Shown: one piece after another, positions 57,453 through 64,000 of the stretch | Layout: every line of letters begins with the position of its first letter | How positions within the stretch are numbered: the first letter of the stretch is position 1 | Source: a virus | Taxonomy: Duplodnaviria; Heunggongvirae; Uroviricota; Caudoviricetes | Length of the DNA: 64,000 nucleotides | Reading direction: 5' to 3' (one strand) | IMG/VR virus record: IMGVR_UViG_3300047323_000678 | Position numbers and translations under genes: made by a program | The notes under the pieces: model-generated | Seen by the model: only the letters and a program-made list of their open reading frames with translations | Told to the model about the DNA's origin: nothing | Databases searched by the model: none

Positions 57453-59149
57453 ATAATTTAAAAGTTATTTATTATGATTTTGCCAAGGATAAACAATTAA
57501 ATAAAAATGAATTGGTAGTTTCGTTTGATCATGGTGAAGCAAAATCGTTTTATGGTGATGATATATGGGATTTTACATATGAAAATTCCAATAATGTATC
57601 TCGCCATAAAGTAAAGATAAAATTTTTTATTTACAATGACTATCCAAAATTAAAAGAGGCAATAAAGGATATTTTATACAAACAATTAAGTAATGGTGTA
57701 AAAACAACGACAATAGAAGCTAAATATACTCAAATAAGAGTGTTTTTTGATTATATTATTAGTGAATTAAATATATTCGACATTAATGATTTAAAAATAG
57801 AGCATATTCGTTTATACATAAAGCATGTTAAAGATATGAATCTTTCTTATTCTACTTGTAAAAATAAATTATTAATATTAGAGAATTTATTTTATAAATA
57901 TAGAAAAGAATTAAAGTATAAATTAAATTTCCATCCATTTGAAGGAAAAGTATTTAAAACTTTAATCCATAAATCTAGTAATGTAAAAAGTATTAATCAA
58001 ACTGAAATTATTCCCGATGAAACTTGGAAAAAAATTATTGCAACAACAATTAATAAAATCAATTCATATAAAGAAAATTCAGAAATTGAAGCAATCATTC
58101 ATGCTAATTGGATAGCAGAATATGAAAAAAAGAAAAATGGAAATCATAAAGATAAGACTTTGGATTTCAGAAAATTATTTAATAAGCCGGAATTCATTAA
58201 AAAAAGTAAAGGTTTACAACAATATAAAAGCATTACTGAACATAAAACTTATATCGGAGAAATAATAATTGCTTGTGGAATTATTATTCAAGCTTTTACA
58301 GGAATGAGAATTTCAGAGTTAATGTCATTGAAAAGGAACTGCTGTGAGAAAGATGAAATTAATATAAATGGAAATAAGTTTATTATTAAGAAATTAAATG
58401 GGTTAACTTTTAAATATGAAAGACAAGTTCAAAATGGGCAAGTAGGTAAAAAAGCTGATTGGTTATGTCCCGATATTGTGGCTGAAGCCATTGAAGTATT
58501 AGAGAATATTAACACTACAGCACATTATATTTTTAGAGATAAAGGTATAGAAGAATATTTATTTACTTTCTCTAGTATGAAAGGAACAGATAAATTAACA
58601 ATGTATAATGTTTCTGAAGAATATAAAGAATTTTTAGAAAGAAATAATATTGAAATAAACTTTAAGTTAACATCTCATTGCTTTAGAAGAACATTGGCTC
58701 GTTTCTTTGCAAGAAATTTATTAAATCTGCCTGTTGAATCCTTAAAAGAGCAGTTTAAGCATTTTTCGAAAGATATAACCTTATATTACATGAAAGAGGA
58801 CTTAAAGAATGATGGTTCATTTAATGAATTAATTAATGATTATGTAAAAAACACTGACAATAAATTATTATTTGAAGAAGTAAGCAATAAATTCAATAAT
58901 TCAATTTTAAGTGCAAATAATCTTGATGAAATTAGATGCTTTGTTGGTGGTAAACAAGTCAGTTTAATTAACGAATATATGGCAACCTTAGAAAAAGAAA
59001 ATAAAGGAATAAGTCCATTAAAAAGCTTAACCTGTGAAGGAACAATTATTTTACCAGGTATACATTTAGATTATTGGAAAGAAATGCTTATATTATATAA
59101 AGATTTAATAGAGATGGAGCCTAATTCCATATGGTACCAAAGTGATTGA
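57449..59149 (+). CDS. Tyrosine recombinase (3' end probably frameshifted)
   Basis: FTGMRISEL, HCFRR, QFKH...TLYY. Confidence 0.88.
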   Translation: MNNLKVIYYDFAKDKQLNKNELVVSFDHGEAKSFYGDDIWDFTYENSNNVSRHKVKIKFFIYNDYPKLKEAIKDILYKQLSNGVKTTTIEAKYTQIRVFFDYIISELNIFDINDLKIEHIRLYIKHVKDMNLSYSTCKNKLLILENLFYKYRKELKYKLNFHPFEGKVFKTLIHKSSNVKSINQTEIIPDETWKKIIATTINKINSYKENSEIEAIIHANWIAEYEKKKNGNHKDKTLDFRKLFNKPEFIKKSKGLQQYKSITEHKTYIGEIIIACGIIIQAFTGMRISELMSLKRNCCEKDEININGNKFIIKKLNGLTFKYERQVQNGQVGKKADWLCPDIVAEAIEVLENINTTAHYIFRDKGIEEYLFTFSSMKGTDKLTMYNVSEEYKEFLERNNIEINFKLTSHCFRRTLARFFARNLLNLPVESLKEQFKHFSKDITLYYMKEDLKNDGSFNELINDYVKNTDNKLLFEEVSNKFNNSILSANNLDEIRCFVGGKQVSLINEYMATLEKENKGISPLKSLTCEGTIILPGIHLDYWKEMLILYKDLIEMEPNSIWYQSD

Positions 59150-59203
59150 AGAAGTAGTTATAAATTTAGAAAACGGAAATGCTTATATAGTGAAAGGTAA
59201 ATA

Positions 59204-59590
59204 ATGAGTTATACAACAGAAGAAATTTTATGGTTAGCTATTAAAGACATTGAGAATGGCACAGCCAAAACACTAGATGAAGATCCAATCAATGGTCTTC
59301 TTACTAAAAATAAAAAACTGTCTAAAGTAAATGTGAGTTTGCAATCTGCAAAATATAATGATGGAAAAGCTATTACTAGACCCACTATAGACACTTATGA
59401 AGCGATTTGTGATTACATTGATGGGAAATCATCTAGGAATGACACTAGGCTATTAAAAGACGAAATAAAGAAGCTAAAAGAGAAAAACAAACAATTAGAG
59501 GAAATTATTATTGAGACATCAGAATTAAATAAAAAACTAGCTTTAGAAAATAGACAAATGAAAGAGTTAGTTAAAAAGGAAATCAAATGA
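59204..59590 (+). CDS. TnpC-like small protein with a C-terminal coiled coil
   Basis: Position after the recombinases; ITRPTI HTH-like segment followed by a coiled coil. Confidence 0.55.
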   Translation: MSYTTEEILWLAIKDIENGTAKTLDEDPINGLLTKNKKLSKVNVSLQSAKYNDGKAITRPTIDTYEAICDYIDGKSSRNDTRLLKDEIKKLKEKNKQLEEIIIETSELNKKLALENRQMKELVKKEIK

Positions 59591-60666
59591 GCAAAGTAAA
59601 CAACAAAAAAGTAGCAGAATGTAAAAAACAACATATTGTTCCACAGTTTTTACAAAATGAATTTTCAAGTAATGGTAAATTATTTAGACATACTCCAACT
59701 AAAAGTTTTGGTGTTAATATTTCGGATAATTATGCAGAAAATTACTATTATTCGGAAGTTTTTCAAGAGAAGGCTCTACAAGACAAAACATTGGACAAAA
59801 GAATTACAAAAGCAGAAGGACATCAATTTGTTCCAACATTTCAAAAGTTACTAACTTTAGATACTCAAAAGGAATATTTTGTAGACCAAGAAATTAGCGA
59901 TTTTATTTACCATTTTTTCTTAAGAAATAAAACAATTGTTAAATCAATAATAGAGGTAATTGAAGAAGGAATAAATAATTTAACATCATTAAGAAAAGAA
60001 TCTTTAGATGCCACCATTGGTTTATTTATTCAAAGGAATTTAAAAGAATTTGCTTTAAACAATAGTATTACAAGCATAAATAAACAAAAAATATTAGAAA
60101 TATATCCTAAACAGGTATACGATATGCCTCATGAAGTTTTTTTAAAAGAAAAATTTGGTTTTTTAAGAGAAATGCATGAAAAATGTTTAGATTCAAATAC
60201 ATATTTAAGCGTTTTTAAATTTCAAATAGTAGAAGGTTCTTTTGTATTGGCTGATACTGTGCTTACTTGTTATAATAATCAATTAAAACAAAATTATTTA
60301 CCAATTATAGATAAAAATACCGAACATGTTTTTTTCCCTATTTCAAAATGCAAAATGTTGGTTATTTATAAAAATGATTATCCTGAATTTGATATTTCAG
60401 AAATTAATAAGTATCTAGTAAGCCCAGCGGAATCTTTTTCATCTGAATTACCAGAAAATGACAACTCAATTATAGAGTTGAAAAAACATATTGGAAAAAC
60501 AAGTTTTTCTATTGAGATAGATGATGAATTAGAAGTTATGAACCAAAAATATATTCTTGAAGAAGTAAAAGTGCTTGAAGAAAGAATATTACCAGCATTG
60601 AGAAGTCTCCCTAAATGGAAGGCTCCACAAGTTATTAATAGCAGAAAAAAAAGAAAAAAGAAGTAA
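59587..60666 (+). CDS. DUF4238 domain protein
   Basis: [22 protein letters not shown] motifs. Confidence 0.75.
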   Translation: MSKVNNKKVAECKKQHIVPQFLQNEFSSNGKLFRHTPTKSFGVNISDNYAENYYYSEVFQEKALQDKTLDKRITKAEGHQFVPTFQKLLTLDTQKEYFVDQEISDFIYHFFLRNKTIVKSIIEVIEEGINNLTSLRKESLDATIGLFIQRNLKEFALNNSITSINKQKILEIYPKQVYDMPHEVFLKEKFGFLREMHEKCLDSNTYLSVFKFQIVEGSFVLADTVLTCYNNQLKQNYLPIIDKNTEHVFFPISKCKMLVIYKNDYPEFDISEINKYLVSPAESFSSELPENDNSIIELKKHIGKTSFSIEIDDELEVMNQKYILEEVKVLEERILPALRSLPKWKAPQVINSRKKRKKK

Positions 60667-60746
60667 AAATTAAGCCCCTAAATGGGGCTTTTTTATTGCC
60701 TATTAATTTTGATTTGGTACAATTAATAAAACATAATTATAAAGAT

Positions 60747-61394
60747 ATGAAACAAACAATTATAGCTAAAGATAAAGAACACTTAGAACATCTTATTCAA
60801 AACGAAATAAATAAGAATGGCTATAATTGTGATTTAAACCATATTGATGTATCTAATATTACTGATATGAGTTATTTATTTCATCAGTCAAAATTTAATG
60901 GAAATATTTCAGAGTGGAATGTATCGAATGTTAAAAGTATGGAATTCATGTTCTATGAATCTAAATTCAATGGTGATATAAGTAATTGGGATGTCTCTAA
61001 AGTTATAAATATGATTGATATGTTTAATAGCTCCAAATTTAATGGTGATATTTCAAATTGGGATGTATCCAAAGTTGAAAGTATGTATTCCATGTTCCGT
61101 TGTTCTAGCTTTAATCAAGATATTTATACATGGAATGTTTCTAAATTAGAAAATATAGATTTTATGTTTGCATTTTCAAAATTTAATAATGATTTATCTA
61201 ATTGGAAACCATATTGTTTAAGAGAAATTAACCGAACATTTGAAGAATGTAGCGCCCCTACTCCATATTGGTTTAAATTTGAAAACAAAAATAAAAGAAA
61301 AATAGCTATTGACAATTATTGGTTAGCTAAGGAATTAGAAGAAAGCTTATCTGATAAAAACCTGTCTATAAAAGTAAAACAACACAAAATATAA
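60747..61394 (+). CDS. DUF285/BspA-like repeat protein with the C-terminal basic tag
   Basis: [18 protein letters not shown]; [13 protein letters not shown] repeats; ends VKQHKI. Confidence 0.9.
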   Translation: MKQTIIAKDKEHLEHLIQNEINKNGYNCDLNHIDVSNITDMSYLFHQSKFNGNISEWNVSNVKSMEFMFYESKFNGDISNWDVSKVINMIDMFNSSKFNGDISNWDVSKVESMYSMFRCSSFNQDIYTWNVSKLENIDFMFAFSKFNNDLSNWKPYCLREINRTFEECSAPTPYWFKFENKNKRKIAIDNYWLAKELEESLSDKNLSIKVKQHKI

Positions 61395-61545
61395 CTTTAC
61401 ATATTTATTACACATATGGAAAGATTTCAAAATGTTCTGGAATACCGAAGATACAAGGGATTTGCGGGATGAAGAAAAGAAAAAGAAGTTTAAGAAAGCT
61501 GCATCAGAAGTAAAGACGAAGCCCCTTAAATGGGGCTTTTTTATT
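61392..61545 (+). repeat. Intergenic repeat unit (gene 3' remnant plus terminator), copy 1
   Basis: TAACTTTACAT...TGTTCTGGAATACCGAAGATACAAGGGATTT...AAAGCTGC...AAGCCCC. Confidence 0.8.
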
Positions 61546-61592
61546 GAGAATTAATTTCCATTTGATAAAATTAATAAAAAACATTAATAAAT

Positions 61593-62162
61593 ATGAAAAC
61601 TACCATTGTAACTAAGAATAAAGAGCATTTAAAACTTTTAATCCAAATAAAAATAAATAAAAATGGTCTTGAATGTGATTTAAATCATATTGATGTTTCT
61701 AACATAAAAGATATGAATTGGTTGTTTTATATTTCAGAGTTTAATGGAGATATCTCAAAATGGGATGTATCCAATGTAAATAGTATGGAAGGAATTTTTT
61801 CGAATTCAAAATTTAATGGAGATATTTCAAAGTGGAATACATCCAAAGTAAAAAGTATGAGAGAAATGTTTAAGGGGACAAAGTTTAATGGAGATATCAA
61901 TAATTGGGATGTATCCAATGTAAATAATATGGAAGAAATGTTTTCTTATTCGCACTTTAATGGTGATTTATCTAATTGGAAACCTATTAATGTAGAAAAA
62001 ATTGAAGAAATTTTTTATCAATGTCCTTCACCAATTCCTTATTGGGCTAGGTTTGAAAATATTGAAGACAGAATAAAAGCTATTAATAATTTTTGGTTAG
62101 CTAAAGATTTACAAGAAGATTTATCAAATAATAAAGTGCAAGCAAAGAAGCCAAAAATTTAA
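61593..62162 (+). CDS. DUF285/BspA-like repeat protein with the C-terminal basic tag
   Basis: Paralog of 60747..61394 with one fewer repeat; ends AKKPKI. Confidence 0.9.
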   Translation: MKTTIVTKNKEHLKLLIQIKINKNGLECDLNHIDVSNIKDMNWLFYISEFNGDISKWDVSNVNSMEGIFSNSKFNGDISKWNTSKVKSMREMFKGTKFNGDINNWDVSNVNNMEEMFSYSHFNGDLSNWKPINVEKIEEIFYQCPSPIPYWARFENIEDRIKAINNFWLAKDLQEDLSNNKVQAKKPKI

Positions 62163-62300
62163 CTTTGCATTTTTGTTATACATATGCAAAGACTGTAAAT
62201 TGTTCTGGAACACCGAAGATACAAGGGATTTTCGAGAAAAAATTTTTAAAAAAGCTGCTTAATAAGTAAAAATAAAGCCCCTGATTGGGCCTTTTTTATT
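62160..62300 (+). repeat. Intergenic repeat unit, copy 2
   Basis: TAACTTTGCAT...TGTTCTGGAACACCGAAGATACAAGGGATTT...AAAGCTGC...AAGCCCC. Confidence 0.8.
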
Positions 62301-62553
62301 GCCCATTAATTCTTAAATGATTAAATTAAGAATTAAATATAAAACAAAAATAGTATCTAAAGATACATTTCTATACGAAAATTAATTATGTGTGGAAAAC
62401 TTGCGTAAAATCAACTTTCCGTACGGCATCATATATTATCATTAATGCAATGATGCAAAAAACGAAGAATGCATCAGTACCCTTTAAAGCTAGTTGGTTT
62501 GGTTTCAACTGCTTTAGGGTTGTTGTTCCTTCACCTACTATATGGAGTTAATG

Positions 62554-62745
62554 ATGAAAAAAATTATCTTGAAAGTAAAACAGTTTATTGCTGACGAAAA
62601 TGGTGTTACAGCATTGGAGTACGGTCTGCTTGCTGCCCTGATCGGCCTAGTGATTGTTGGTGCTGTGACTACCCTCGGTCAGAATATTGAACAGGTCTTT
62701 ACGACGATTGCCACTGCTCTCTCCACTGCCACTACCCCTGCGTAA
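62554..62745 (+). CDS. flp: Flp family type IVb pilin
   Basis: FIADENG|VTALEYGLLAALI Flp motif. Confidence 0.95.
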   Translation: MKKIILKVKQFIADENGVTALEYGLLAALIGLVIVGAVTTLGQNIEQVFTTIATALSTATTPA

Positions 62746-62798
62746 TGGTCTACCCCCCCGGATTGGTTCATTCATCCGGGTTTTTTGCAGGAGGCACA

Positions 62799-63335
62799 AT
62801 GATTATTTCCGTATACCTTGATATGGGTTTGGCTGTACTAGTCAGTTTGGCGGCGCTTACTGATCTGACTAGTCGCCGCATCCCCAACCTGTTGTTACTC
62901 ACTGGTTTTTGTGGTGCTTTGTTGGTTAATCTACTGTCGCCAGCGCCATTTACCGCACTGCTGTGGGCATTGGTTGGAACCACCACTGGATTACTGATCT
63001 TCTTGCCACTGTATTTCCTACGCGGAATGGCTGCTGGAGATGTCAAATTCATGGCAACAGTAGGAGCCTTTAGCACTCCCATTGATACTTTGTATATTGC
63101 CTTTATCGCTGTTTGCTTTGGCGGTGTGATGTCGCTAGCTCTAGTGGTCGCTAACGGTCGGCTGCGTATGCTAGGAGCCAACCTCTCGGCATTACTACTG
63201 ATGCGGATTCCCGCCGTGTCCATGCCTAGTTCGAGTGTGGGCAGCATTCCCTATGGTGTCGCCATCGCCTGTGGCACTTGGTTTGTGATTGCACAGCGTT
63301 ACCATTGGTTCGCAGCTTTGGCTTCTTTGGTATAG
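62799..63335 (+). CDS. cpaA: A24-family prepilin peptidase (CpaA/TadV)
   Basis: TDLTSRRIPN, GMAAGDVKF, IPYGVAIACG; SD GGAGG; much higher GC than the flanks. Confidence 0.92.
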   Translation: MIISVYLDMGLAVLVSLAALTDLTSRRIPNLLLLTGFCGALLVNLLSPAPFTALLWALVGTTTGLLIFLPLYFLRGMAAGDVKFMATVGAFSTPIDTLYIAFIAVCFGGVMSLALVVANGRLRMLGANLSALLLMRIPAVSMPSSSVGSIPYGVAIACGTWFVIAQRYHWFAALASLV

Positions 63336-63411
63336 TTAAAATTGCCTATTTATTTACAATACGAATTATATGTGTAAAATAATAAATATAAATGTGAAAG
63401 GTAAAAGAAAT

Positions 63412-63876
63412 ATGTATAAAATTAGTGAGATTTCTGCTTTATTAGAAGAAATTAAAGTTGATAAATCAGAAGGATTAAATTCTAACCTTGTGGATTTTGT
63501 TAAAAAAATAAAAAATATTGAAGAGGAGTTCCAAAAGATTAACTCTAATTACTCTATAGAAATTACACCAACTAAAAATACAGAGAATGAACAATGTATC
63601 TTTTTTGTTTTATTCTATAAAGATAAAGAGCTTTTTCATTATACTAGTTCTTTACCTTTCCATAAATATAAAGAATATGATGCATATGAGACTGAATCTT
63701 TTCATGCATTACAAGGTAGTTTAACTTTTAATTTAGAAAAAACAGTTTTTTTAAATCAAGAAAAAGACTTATATAATCAAATTATAGAGGACAAGTTAAT
63801 TAATAGTTTTTTAAATAATGAAAAAGAGTTAAAAACTATTAATGAATCTAAAAACTCTTTAAAAGTAAAAATATAA
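63412..63876 (+). CDS. Hypothetical protein with the C-terminal basic tag
   Basis: Ends KELKTINESKNSLKVKI. Confidence 0.7.
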   Translation: MYKISEISALLEEIKVDKSEGLNSNLVDFVKKIKNIEEEFQKINSNYSIEITPTKNTENEQCIFFVLFYKDKELFHYTSSLPFHKYKEYDAYETESFHALQGSLTFNLEKTVFLNQEKDLYNQIIEDKLINSFLNNEKELKTINESKNSLKVKI

Positions 63877-63925
63877 CTTCACATTTTTATTATATATATG
63901 AATTTGATATAACTAAAGAATGAAA

Positions 63926-64000
63926 ATGAAGCCTAAAATTATTGCCAAAGATAGAAAACACTTAGAAGAGCTAATTTATAATGAAATTAAATTACATGGT
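63926..64000 (+). CDS. Start of a third DUF285/BspA-like protein (runs off the window)
   Basis: MKPKIIAKDRKHLEELIYNEIKLHG matches the N-termini of the two upstream paralogs. Confidence 0.8.
   Translation, partial: MKPKIIAKDRKHLEELIYNEIKLHG

Larger units (their letters stand above)
54490..60666 (+). mobile_element. Three-tyrosine-recombinase module (RIT/Tn554-like) with a TnpC-like gene and DUF4238 cargo; ends approximate
   Basis: Five co-oriented, mostly overlapping genes; inverted repeat AAAAATGTAAA-N11-TTTACATTTTT at 54490-54522. Confidence 0.65.

Noticed and set aside
62440-62530. c-di-GMP-I riboswitch upstream of flp
   Set aside because: Two hairpins are present but I could not place the GNRA tetraloop/receptor and conserved junction nucleotides
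4777-62768. Many antisense or alternative-frame ORFs (e.g. 4967..5428, 14927..15229, 21192..21629, 39023..39304, 62768..63247)
   Set aside because: They overlap well-supported genes and lack independent signals
60662-63900. Classical integron attC array
   Set aside because: The repeats lack the RYYYAAC...GTTRRRY palindromic structure and no recombinase shows a recognisable IntI insertion
1-64000. Genome-wide TAG reassignment (alternative genetic code)
   Set aside because: Long genes are intact under code 11 and several end naturally at TAG, for example the tagged protein at 19303 and cpaA at 63335; only the two ML* starts are interrupted
1-64000. tRNA or rRNA genes, including an amber suppressor
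   Set aside because: No cloverleaf with a T-loop GTTCRA context was seen by eye; a suppressor could lie outside the window

Overview
Very AT-rich DNA (roughly 25-30% GC by eye), densely coded, with many short genes on both strands, sigma70-type promoters and a recurrent AAGCCCC...GGGGCTT terminator family. No rRNA, tRNA, core housekeeping, virion or conjugation genes are visible. It reads as an accessory region of a giant extrachromosomal element (jumbo phage or megaplasmid). Captured host-type genes suggest a betaproteobacterial host (inference): two PEP-CTERM proteins, H-NS, FKBP, TonB-C, LytS kinase, YhdP-like, YidD-like, Flp pilin and prepilin peptidase. Main observations: (1) a Pth2-like peptidyl-tRNA hydrolase gene missed by the ORF track begins ATG-TTG-TAG, and the same start recurs in a leader (ML*IFKPP*) next to an SD-sequestering hairpin in the same operon, a candidate amber-readthrough sensing system; (2) at least 12 proteins from several unrelated families share a C-terminal tag (helical L..EL...L, linker, basic K-x-K-[ILV]-stop), a candidate translocation or packaging signal; (3) host regulatory sites are retained: UAS/IHF/sigma54 before both PEP-CTERM genes and a consensus sigma28 promoter before tonB-C; (4) an array of Cys-rich repeat proteins, a TnpB element, a triple tyrosine-recombinase module with DUF4238 cargo, and a cassette-like DUF285 array. 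All family calls come from motif recognition, not database searches.
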